A DNA stretch of 32,000 bases, taken from Nostoc sp. PCC 7120 = FACHB-418. Lineage in GTDB: Bacteria; Cyanobacteriota; Cyanobacteriia; Cyanobacteriales; Nostocaceae. Shown one piece after another: positions 17,754 through 25,916 of the stretch. Location: assembly GCF_000009705.1 (NCBI RefSeq), contig NC_003272.1, positions 1,590,001-1,622,000 on the forward strand. Reading direction: 5' to 3'. Both the position numbers and the translations under genes were made by a program. The notes under the pieces are model-generated. The model did not search any database, was not told the origin of the DNA, and saw only the letters and a list, made by a program, of their open reading frames with translations. Position 1 is the stretch's first letter. Each line of letters begins with the position of its first letter.

Positions 17754-18834
17754 ATTTGAAAATCTTCTCACGAATTGCCTTTGCCGTGGCGGGTGCGAGT
17801 AAAACACCGTTGCGATAGTGTCCAGTAGCCAACAGAACATTACTAAACCCTGGTAATTGATCAATGACTGGTGCGGGGCGACCTTCAGGGCGGGGGCGTA
17901 GTCCTGACCAAGTGCGAATAATTTCGGCTGTGGCTAATTCTGGACAAAAAGCGATCGCCTGTTGTCTGACAGACTCTAGTAATTCTTGATTAGGCGGGAT
18001 TTCATGATTATCTGTGGGAAATTCCACCGTTGCACCTATCCAATAGTCTCCACCACCTACAGGGACTATATGCACGTCATTACCTGTAATTGCTGGTTGA
18101 AAGTCGGGATTGCCTAATGGATGGTCTAAGCGTACTTGCAAAGCTTGTCCCAACACAGGACGAATATCTACTGGTTGATTCAGTTGTGTTGTAATAGCTG
18201 TGGAACCCAAACCAGCTGAGATAATTATCCAATCTGCGGTGATTTTACCTTCTGTAGTCTCAATGGATGTGCATTGGGTCGCTTCTATAGTGGGGAAACC
18301 CAACACCGTCACACCAAATTTAAAAGTTACTCCCTTATGTTGGGCAGCCTCAACTAAAGCTAAAGTCAAAGCTGTGGGGTCTAGTTGGCGGTCTTGTGGA
18401 GAGTAGACAGCGCCGATAATTTGCCGATGATCAACTTGGGGACAGATATGTTTGAGTTTTTTCGTATCCCAAATTTCTAATTTCCAGCCTTGGGTGTGGC
18501 GAATGGCTGCTAAATTTTCCCAGCTTTCTAACTTTTCTGCTTCTAAGCACAGACTGAGAATTCCTTGACGGTTAAAAGGGATTTTTCGCCCTGTAATAGC
18601 TTCCAGTTCAGGAATTAAGGTTTCATAACGTTGGATACTAGTTTGTCGCATCTGCCAAGCCTTACCCTTGATTTTTTGGCTAATGATGCATACCAAAACA
18701 CCAAGGGCTGCACCTGTAGAAGCTTGGGCGGGTGGTTGTTTGTCAAAAACTGTGATTTTGATTCCTGGGACTTGACTGAGTTCATAGGCGATCGCCGCAC
18801 CAACAACGCCACAGCCAATAATCGCTACATCCAT
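17752..18834 (-). CDS. thiO: FAD-dependent oxidoreductase, probable glycine oxidase
   Basis: N-terminal dinucleotide fold MDVAIIGCGVVGAAIAYEL and C-terminal GHYRNGVLLAPATA, which is typical of ThiO/DAO-family glycine oxidases. Length is 360 aa. Confidence 0.6.
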   Translation of the reverse strand: MDVAIIGCGVVGAAIAYELSQVPGIKITVFDKQPPAQASTGAALGVLVCIISQKIKGKAWQMRQTSIQRYETLIPELEAITGRKIPFNRQGILSLCLEAEKLESWENLAAIRHTQGWKLEIWDTKKLKHICPQVDHRQIIGAVYSPQDRQLDPTALTLALVEAAQHKGVTFKFGVTVLGFPTIEATQCTSIETTEGKITADWIIISAGLGSTAITTQLNQPVDIRPVLGQALQVRLDHPLGNPDFQPAITGNDVHIVPVGGGDYWIGATVEFPTDNHEIPPNQELLESVRQQAIAFCPELATAEIIRTWSGLRPRPEGRPAPVIDQLPGFSNVLLATGHYRNGVLLAPATAKAIREKIFK

Positions 18835-18961
18835 GATTTTTTTACAGAATGGGAGATTGGGAGGAGATGAGGAAGAATGAGGAAATAAGCCAAGGAAAAG
18901 GAAAAAATTTTCCCCTGCACCCCTGCTTCTTCCCCTCCCTCATCTCTTATTTTCCTTTGTC

Positions 18962-19429
18962 TTAACCTTCTTCTGACTGACTACTGGTATCAGGTAGCAG
19001 TTGAATGAACTTATCAATATCTGCAACAGCAGCTTGATAGTTATTTAGGGCAAGGGGAGAATTACCAGCACTAGCGGCCTGATCGATTTTAACTAAGTGG
19101 TTGAGAAAATCTTTGTTGATTTGCCGTGCTGTAGCTTGGTCTTTAGGTAGCAGGTTAGGTGTGATGTAGGTCATATTTAATCTGGCTTCCGTAATGGGGC
19201 CGTGAATAAAATTACCCACTTTGATCCATTCTTTTTTCTGGATCAGGTTTTTCAGTTCGTCCGCGCGATCGCGTACAGCCTGAATATCAGGCGCGTATCC
19301 TTGAATTTTCTCAAGTTGTGCAGATGTGTAGGTTGGGGGTACAACTACGGTAGTGGGACTACCACAACTAATTAGGAAAGTTGCTAATAATACCAGAATT
19401 AATGAAATAATTGAGCGTTGACGCGCCAT
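18962..19429 (-). CDS. psbQ: photosystem II lipoprotein CyanoQ (PsbQ)
   Basis: MARQRSIISLILVLLATFLISCGSP has a lipobox (LISC). NFIHGPITEARLNM, LLPKDQATARQ, IDQAASAGN and ADIDKFIQLLP match the CyanoQ four-helix-bundle pattern as I remember it from Synechocystis Sll1638. ATG at 19429 is preferred over GTG at 19465. Confidence 0.8.
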   Translation of the reverse strand: MARQRSIISLILVLLATFLISCGSPTTVVVPPTYTSAQLEKIQGYAPDIQAVRDRADELKNLIQKKEWIKVGNFIHGPITEARLNMTYITPNLLPKDQATARQINKDFLNHLVKIDQAASAGNSPLALNNYQAAVADIDKFIQLLPDTSSQSEEG

Positions 19430-19797
19430 ACACTGAAATTGGTTGGTTTCCTTTTGCCGATTCACAGTGTAATTTTAGATCGCAAAGGTAGGTTATCGTT
19501 CCTACTAGGAAATGATTTTGTCGGAAATTTTTAATCTGCTCACTTGGTATTTTCTTCAAAGGATGCAGTAATAGCTTTTTTTGAGTATAATTACCCAAGA
19601 TAATTTAGTATACTATCTAAGCTGGAAATCCAAGACTTATTACTCAATTTACCTCACCGTCATTATGAGGAAAGCATGATATGGAGTTGCGAAATTTTCG
19701 AGGTATTGATAAGCTAAAACACCAATATGATAAGCCTTCTGGCGGTTTGTTGTTGTCACATTCCCCCTAGACTGACAAAATAAAGGAGTGTTTTTTA

Positions 19798-20226
19798 GTG
19801 AACGCATCTGAACAAGCAATCAACCTTGAACTCGCCAGCAAGATTGCCACAGTAGTCAATTTATTTAAATTTGAGTTTCCTGATGCTAAATCAGATTTAA
19901 AACCTTGGAAAAATGATCCGGAAACTAGAGAGTTAGTTGACCCAGATTCTATTGATATTGGTTTTCATTTTCCTGGTGTCAGCAAATCTTGGCGCAGTCG
20001 TAGTGTTTTAATCCAGATCCGATTTTACCAAGACCCGATCACAAAATTACGCCGGGCGATCGGTTTAGAGGCAGCCGGATTTGACCATCGGGGTGAAGTA
20101 TGGCGACTGTCTACGGTGGAAAATTGGTCTTTTGTTGGTGAGTCTGTACCTTCGCCTCAAGTTGGTAATCAGCTTAAACAAGTTTGCCGCCACATTTTAG
20201 ATGTATTCAATCAACCTGGTGATTAG
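19798..20226 (+). CDS. hypothetical protein (142 aa)
   Basis: GTG-initiated ORF with protein-like composition and no competing ORF. No motif recognised. Confidence 0.5.
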   Translation: MNASEQAINLELASKIATVVNLFKFEFPDAKSDLKPWKNDPETRELVDPDSIDIGFHFPGVSKSWRSRSVLIQIRFYQDPITKLRRAIGLEAAGFDHRGEVWRLSTVENWSFVGESVPSPQVGNQLKQVCRHILDVFNQPGD

Positions 20227-20258
20227 CGCTCTTTTATGACTCTGATGAAAGAAAAAAA

Positions 20259-20363
20259 TGTAGGTTGGGTTGAACTTTAGTGAACCCCAACAAAACCAAG
20301 GATTTTTCGTGTTGGGTTACTCTACGAGAAGGCTGCGCCTACGTTCCTCAACCCAACCTTGTA
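20259..20363. repeat. MITE-like dispersed repeat of about 100 bp with 12-bp terminal inverted repeats AGGTTGGGTTGA / TCAACCCAACCT
   Basis: The left end tgtaggttgggttga at 20259-20273 matches the right end tcaacccaacct at 20349-20360. The interior carries CTCTACGAGAAGGCTGCGCC. Its core (reverse complement TCTCGTAGAG) recurs at about 8655 and about 25731. Confidence 0.5.
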
Positions 20364-20448
20364 AATTTATCAAAGCCTTAACAATCAATGATTATAAACA
20401 GAAGTATTCTTTTTCTTCAGGAAAGACCTGGAGTTCTCTTGGTTAAAA

Positions 20449-20479
20449 GTTAGTAGTAAGTTTAGTCCTTACTACTAAC
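20449..20479. terminator. 12-bp perfect hairpin between convergent genes
   Basis: GTTAGTAGTAAG-tttagtc-CTTACTACTAAC, with flanking TTAAAAGT/ACTTTTAA that could extend the stem. The T-runs are weak. Confidence 0.35.
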
Positions 20480-20699
20480 CTGTCAAAACTTTTAACTCAG
20501 CACCCTAAATGCTGTAATTAAGTTCCTGGCTTTCTCCATGACTATGTTCTTTGCTACCTGGGTGATCTTGGCGAGTCATCAAGTCAAAGGTACGATCACC
20601 AACCACAGCTTTCACATCTGCTTCTAGTTCATGAACTACATCCCGATTCAGACCACAAGCAAAATCTTCCTTGTCTTCCCCAGTTTCCCCTGCCTTTTT

Positions 20700-21743
20700 C
20701 TAAACCCAATCTCTAGGCTGGAGAAAAACTTCCGTCAGTTCTGCTTCCGGGCTTCCTGCTTCCGGTTCGTAGCAATATTCCCAACGTGCTAAGGGTGGTA
20801 AAGACATGAGAATCGATTCTGTCCGTCCCTTAGTTTGCAAACCAAATACAGTTCCTCGGTCGTAAACTAAATTAAACTCAACGTAACGACCCCGACGGTA
20901 AAGTTGAAAATTACGCTGGCGATCGCCATACTCAATTCCTTGCCTGCGTTCTACAATAGGCAAGTAAGCAGGTAAGAAAGCCTGACCGCAAGACTGCACA
21001 AACGCAAAGATATCTTCCCAATTCCGCGCTACATTTCCCACTTTCTGGCTGTAAATTGCGACTGAACTATCTGTTTGACTTTCAACGTAAAGCTTACCGC
21101 TAGCATCTTGATAGTCGAAGAAAATACCACCAATACCTCGCTGTTCTTCCCGATGTCGTAAATAGAAGTATTCATCACACCAGCGTTTAAAGGTTGGATA
21201 ATATTCTGGATTATGGACATCACAGGCATTTTTGAGCGTCTGATGAAAGTGAACCGCATCCTCTTTAAAGGCATAATATGGGGTTAAATCAGCCCCACCA
21301 CCAAACCACCAAATAGGGCCAGCTTCAAAGTAGCGATAGTTGAGATGTACTGTTGGTACGTAGGGATTTCGGGGATGCAACACCATTGAAGTTCCTGTGG
21401 CAAAAAACTCATGTCCGGCTGCTTCTGGACGTTGCGCCAAAATTGAAGCAGGTAGGCTATTTCCCCACACGGCGGAAAAGTTCACGCCACCTTGTTCAAA
21501 CACCCGCCCTTCTCGAATCACGCGGGTACGTCCTTCTCCCCCTTCTGCTCGCTCCCAGTGGTCTTGGTGAAAGCTTGCTTTCCCGTCAAGTTGCTCTAAG
21601 GCTGTGCAAATCTCATCCTGTAAGTTCTGCATGAATTGCTGCGATCGCTGCCGTGAATCCTTGGGTATTGTGTTGGTAGGTGAGGTCAGCAATACTGTGT
21701 GATTTGCAGATTCTTGCAGAGAATTATCGGAATGACGACCCAT
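20700..21743 (-). CDS. hemF: oxygen-dependent coproporphyrinogen III oxidase
   Basis: HemF motifs [34 protein letters not shown] and [14 protein letters not shown]. The C-terminus ...QPRDWV ends as other HemF proteins do. Confidence 0.9.
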   Translation of the reverse strand: MGRHSDNSLQESANHTVLLTSPTNTIPKDSRQRSQQFMQNLQDEICTALEQLDGKASFHQDHWERAEGGEGRTRVIREGRVFEQGGVNFSAVWGNSLPASILAQRPEAAGHEFFATGTSMVLHPRNPYVPTVHLNYRYFEAGPIWWFGGGADLTPYYAFKEDAVHFHQTLKNACDVHNPEYYPTFKRWCDEYFYLRHREEQRGIGGIFFDYQDASGKLYVESQTDSSVAIYSQKVGNVARNWEDIFAFVQSCGQAFLPAYLPIVERRQGIEYGDRQRNFQLYRRGRYVEFNLVYDRGTVFGLQTKGRTESILMSLPPLARWEYCYEPEAGSPEAELTEVFLQPRDWV

Positions 21744-21997
21744 GTTAAAACCTCTGAAACTTTGAGTAAGGGTAATTACTATTGCTTAATAACTTTATAG
21801 TTATAAACTGAGGTTAAATCAGAGAATTTTCAAAACTTAATAAATTCATTAACCCCTACTCCTCAAAGCTTTTCTGCTTTTACCTTGTGTGAAGCATTTC
21901 CAACTTTGCTGAAGGAATGTAAAGAGTGCTAGCCAAAGAATCTCACTTATCATAACTTGATAGCTATGAAATCATTTACTTGATTACCGCATTACTT

Positions 21998-23053
21998 ATG
22001 GTTAATACCCTACCCAAACCAGGAATCAAAACCCCCAGCAAAGAAACTGTACTCACCCCCCGGTTTTATACTACAGATTTTGAAACCGCCGCCAACCTGG
22101 ATTTGTCTGCCCAGGAAAACGAGTTACAGGCGATGTTGGCAGAAATGCGGGCAGACTACAACCGCCACCATTTCGTTCGAGATGAAGCCTTTGAACAGTC
22201 GTGGGAACACATTGACGGTGAAGCCAGACAGGCGTTTATTGAGTATTTGGAACGTTCTTGCATTTCTGAGTTTTCCGGCTTCTTACTCTTCAAGGAATTA
22301 TCCCGCAAGCTAAAAAATCGCAGTCCAGTTTTAGCAGAAATGTTTCAACTGATGGCGCGTGATGAAGCCCGCCACGCCGGGTTTCTCAACAAAGCAATGG
22401 GTGATTTTAAACTCTCCCTAGATTTAGCCACGGTGACTAAAACCCGCACCTATACGTTTTTCCCGATTGAGTGGGTACTTTACACCGTTTACCTATCAGA
22501 AAAAATTGGCTACTGGCGTTACATTATTATTTTCAGACATTTAGAAAAGCACCCGGAAAACCAGTTTTACCCCATCTTCCGCTACTTTGAGAGTTGGTGT
22601 CAGGACGAAAACCGCCACGGCGACATATTCAAAGCACTTTTACGTTCTCAACCGCAACTATGGAACAACTGGAAAGCTAGGTTGTGGAGTCGCTTTTTCT
22701 TGCTATCGGTATTTGCTACCCACACCCTGACAGTTCATGAACGTTCCGGTTTCTACAAATCCCTGGGACTTGATGCGACAGATTTTGATCTTCAAGTAGT
22801 CCGCAACACCAATGAAACGGCGGGACGAGCTTTTCCTGTAATGTTGAATACCGAACATCCCAAGTTTTTCCCACTGCTACAACGCTGTGCAGGTTACAAC
22901 TTGAACATTTCCGAAATTGAGCGCAGTTCTCAGCCGAAATTTGTGAAGCTGATTCGCAAACTACCTTTAATTGCAGCCATTGTTTGGAATCTCTTGATGG
23001 TTTACCTCATCAAACCCATTGATACTGAAGCTTTGCGGGAAACCGTGCGTTAG
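21998..23053 (+). CDS. acsF: Mg-protoporphyrin IX monomethyl ester oxidative cyclase (aerobic, di-iron)
   Basis: TPRFYTTDFE, EFSGFLLFKELSR, DEARHAGF and QDENRHGD (E-x-x-H di-iron motifs). ATG at 21998 (MVNTLPK) is preferred over TTG at 21980. Confidence 0.9.
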   Translation: MVNTLPKPGIKTPSKETVLTPRFYTTDFETAANLDLSAQENELQAMLAEMRADYNRHHFVRDEAFEQSWEHIDGEARQAFIEYLERSCISEFSGFLLFKELSRKLKNRSPVLAEMFQLMARDEARHAGFLNKAMGDFKLSLDLATVTKTRTYTFFPIEWVLYTVYLSEKIGYWRYIIIFRHLEKHPENQFYPIFRYFESWCQDENRHGDIFKALLRSQPQLWNNWKARLWSRFFLLSVFATHTLTVHERSGFYKSLGLDATDFDLQVVRNTNETAGRAFPVMLNTEHPKFFPLLQRCAGYNLNISEIERSSQPKFVKLIRKLPLIAAIVWNLLMVYLIKPIDTEALRETVR

Positions 23054-23074
23054 ATTTTTGAGATGATGTCTACT

Positions 23075-23091
23075 ACGCCGGTAAACGGCGT
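23075..23091 (+). terminator. short hairpin after acsF
   Basis: ACGCCG-gtaaa-CGGCGT is followed by TGTTG. A second inverted repeat, AGATGGTGAA at 23109-23118 and TTCACCATCT at 23147-23156, lies just downstream between the convergent acsF and mnmA genes. Confidence 0.3.
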
Positions 23092-23172
23092 TGTTGCATG
23101 AAAAAGGAAGATGGTGAATTATACTCATTACTGGCTATACTTCTTGTTCACCATCTCATTTCCGTTGTTTTG

Positions 23173-24231
23173 TTATTTACTAAATTGTTCAATAATTCCA
23201 CCACCTAAAACCTTATTGCCGTCATACCACACCGCCGCTTGTCCAGGGGTAATGCTGAACTGAGGTTCATCAAATACCAAGCGGACGCGGGAATTCTCCA
23301 AAGGGATCACTGTCACTGGTTCAGGTGCAGAACGATAGCGGATTTGTACAGCTGCACGAATTGGGGTGGATGGTTCAGCGATGGAAACCCAATTGACTCG
23401 GTTAACAGTACATTCTTCTTGAGTAGCTTTAGTGCGATCGCCTACAACTACTTTATTATGAACTGCATCTAATTCCACCACATACAGTGGTTCAGGTGCC
23501 GCAATCCCTAAGCCTTTGCGTTGACCAATCGTGTAATGATGGACACCATCATGTTGTCCTAAAACTTTGCCTGCGGTATCTACAATATCGCCTTTTTTGG
23601 GTGCGATATACTTATCCAGAAAAGCCCGCATAGAACCGTTGCTTTCAACTAGGCACAGGTCTTGGCTTTCTGGCTTATCGGCGGTTTTTAGTCCGTGTTC
23701 GGTGGCGATGCGACGGGTATCAGCTTTTTCCATTTCTCCTAGAGGAAATAGTGAGGCTGCAAGTAAATCTTGAGACAAATCATACAGGAAATAAGATTGG
23801 TCTTTGTTGCGGTCAACAGCCCTTAATAGCTGGTAACGTCCGGTTGCTTCGTCGTAGCGAATACGGGCATAATGACCCGTAGCGATGCGATCGCATCCCA
23901 ATTTTTCACTGGCATACTGCACCATTGGCCCGAACTTCACCGTTTTGTTGCACTGAGAGCAAGGCAACGGAGTAATCCCAGCACCATAACCAGTCACTAG
24001 ATAATCGACAATATGAGTTTGAAACACATCCCGCATATCCACCACTTCATGGGGAATGCCCAACTGTTCACAAATATAAGCCGCGTCGATCATTCCTTCA
24101 GAGCAACACTGACCTTTACCTTTCATTAACCAAAGGGTTAAACCAATTACTTCATAGCCCTGATTATGGAGGATAGCGGCGGCTGTAGAACTGTCAACGC
24201 CACCAGAAAGACCGACGACAACTTTTTTCAT
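23173..24231 (-). CDS. mnmA: tRNA-specific 2-thiouridylase
   Basis: PP-loop [15 protein letters not shown], a conserved Cys region [20 protein letters not shown] and DQSYFL. Length is 352 aa. Confidence 0.9.
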   Translation of the reverse strand: MKKVVVGLSGGVDSSTAAAILHNQGYEVIGLTLWLMKGKGQCCSEGMIDAAYICEQLGIPHEVVDMRDVFQTHIVDYLVTGYGAGITPLPCSQCNKTVKFGPMVQYASEKLGCDRIATGHYARIRYDEATGRYQLLRAVDRNKDQSYFLYDLSQDLLAASLFPLGEMEKADTRRIATEHGLKTADKPESQDLCLVESNGSMRAFLDKYIAPKKGDIVDTAGKVLGQHDGVHHYTIGQRKGLGIAAPEPLYVVELDAVHNKVVVGDRTKATQEECTVNRVNWVSIAEPSTPIRAAVQIRYRSAPEPVTVIPLENSRVRLVFDEPQFSITPGQAAVWYDGNKVLGGGIIEQFSK

Positions 24232-24680
24232 AGTTCTAAATTTTGCACAAGACAGCGCTTTGCGGAATTTTAAATTTAAAAATCTACGCCATATAAGAAT
24301 TTTGGCTGTTTTTATCTACTAAATTAATCGTAGTTTGATAAATTTTTAACTGCTCAATTGTAGCATATATCCCTTAAAAGCCTTGTTAGTAAAGCGCTTC
24401 AGTTCCCAAACTTAGATAATTTTCGGCGCGTTGAAAATTAAGGGGGTTTACGCCGTAAACCCATACTAAATTAGGACTTATGCTACTTAATATCTACATC
24501 CTTAGTATCTGTCAGCCTGTCGAAAACTCAAGCCCTGTCTAAAATCTATTACATGACTCACAGCAACAGCATATTTCTTTATGTATCCGTTGCCACCTGA
24601 GCCTAGTCCCCTTAAGCTAGCAGTATAAAGTTCTACTAATTAGTGTCTCAAGGCAATAGTCCATAAATTTTGTTTCTACC

Positions 24681-25430
24681 ATGTCTATTCAGATAACGAG
24701 TAAATATATTACATTGCCTATAATGCCATTGTTATTAGGCAGTTGGTTAACACTAGTTCCTCTTCCAGCCCAAGGACAAATCAAAAATAATGATAGGGTT
24801 TTACTAACTCAATCCGGGGTATTTGAAAGTTTACCACCACCACCTAATGTTCCAATGCAGGAACAGGAAGTGGAATTCAACCAATATCAACAGAATTATC
24901 AGCCCTATCAACCAGTACAGTATCAATATCAATCTGGACAAAACTTTCAACGTTATTTTGTATATGTTGACAATAATAGTTACGACACTCTACAAAGAGT
25001 ACGGCGCATTGAACCCAGCGCTTACATCCGTCAGTATAATGGTCGTTCTGTAATTCAGTCGGGAGTGTTCAATCGAGAATCAAATGCCCAACAGCGAGTC
25101 AGAGAATTAGAGTCATCTGGTATTTATGGTGCAAGAATTGCTGGTAGTGGCGATGGACAGGGAATACCCAACTCTCCTGGTGGGGGAAATTACGGAAGTG
25201 AACGGTCTAGGTATTATGTAACTATCCCCGCAAAACCAGAAGAGGTTCCTTCAATTGCCAATCGTATTAGATTAGCTGTGGGACGAAACAGTTTTGTCAG
25301 AGAAAGAAGACAACCTCTAGGGCCACACGTAGCAGTCGGGCCTTTTGTTCAACGGACGGAAGCAGAACAATGGAGCAATTATCTACGAAATATGGGATTT
25401 GGTAATGCTAGGGTTTACTACGGGAAGTAA
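24681..25430 (+). CDS. secreted protein with a Gln/Tyr/Pro-rich linker and two SPOR-like modules
   Basis: Signal-like N-terminus ending PLPAQGQ. The modules are RYFVYVDNNSYDTLQRVRRIEPSAYIRQYNGRSVIQSGVFNRESNAQQRV and RYYVTIPAKPEE...HVAVGPFVQRTEAEQWSNYLRNMGFGNARVYY. Confidence 0.65.
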   Translation: MSIQITSKYITLPIMPLLLGSWLTLVPLPAQGQIKNNDRVLLTQSGVFESLPPPPNVPMQEQEVEFNQYQQNYQPYQPVQYQYQSGQNFQRYFVYVDNNSYDTLQRVRRIEPSAYIRQYNGRSVIQSGVFNRESNAQQRVRELESSGIYGARIAGSGDGQGIPNSPGGGNYGSERSRYYVTIPAKPEEVPSIANRIRLAVGRNSFVRERRQPLGPHVAVGPFVQRTEAEQWSNYLRNMGFGNARVYYGK

Positions 25431-25550
25431 TCCCAGAGAGTAAAGACTAGGGGCTAGTACAAGTAGGCAAAAGTAAAACTATAATTATGTCTCAAGCCCC
25501 TTATCTTCAGCACAACTAAGGGAACAACAAAAATTCAAAATTCAAAACAG

Positions 25551-25750
25551 TTGGAGTCGGAGAGCAGCGCCTTGCGGGGGTTCCCCACGTTGTGGCGACT
25601 GCGGAGGATTTAAACCCCAACTCAACTGATACTACGTGTAGACGTAGCGCAAAGTCTGTAGCTTGCTTCCCGCAGGGTGTGCCGGCTTCCGGTGTTAGCG
25701 TAGCGGTAGCGAGTCCGCGTTCGCTTTTAGCGTCTCGTAGAGAGCGTCAC
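25551..25750. repeat. GC-rich island made of short dispersed-repeat (SDR-like) units
   Basis: An abrupt GC-rich block sits in an AT-rich spacer. It contains GGAGTCGGAGAGCAGCGCCTTGCGGGGGTTCCCCACG, CTACGTGTAGACGTAGCG, GTAGCGAGTCCGCGTTCGCT and GCGTCTCGTAGAGAGCGTC. The TCTCGTAGAG core is shared with 8655 and (reverse complement) 20322. Confidence 0.45.
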
Positions 25751-25916
25751 AGAACTTTGTAAGAGAGGGGTCTTAAACCCTTGAATTTACGATAAATTAT
25801 CCGAAATTGATGGTTTGATAGGGTGCGTCAGTGCTATGGAATCTAACTGTACTCAGAAAATATTCATACTGACGCACTCTACATTTTGGGTATTTTTTTA
25901 TCTGGAAGTCCCTAAC

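Noticed and set aside
24623-24636. A second GTA-N8-TAC (GTATAAAGTTCTAC), 45 nt upstream of the SPOR-like gene, as an NtcA site.
   Set aside because: The motif is expected several times by chance in 32 kb. The nearest TAN3T box (24664-24669) lies 27 nt away rather than about 22 nt, and it would leave an almost leaderless mRNA.
25551-25750. The GC-rich island as a known structured RNA (RNase P RNA, tmRNA, 6S or SRP RNA).
   Set aside because: None of the conserved cores I know are present, such as GAGGAAAGUCCGGGCUC of RNase P RNA or the tRNA-like ends of tmRNA. The sequence decomposes into dispersed-repeat units shared with other spacers.
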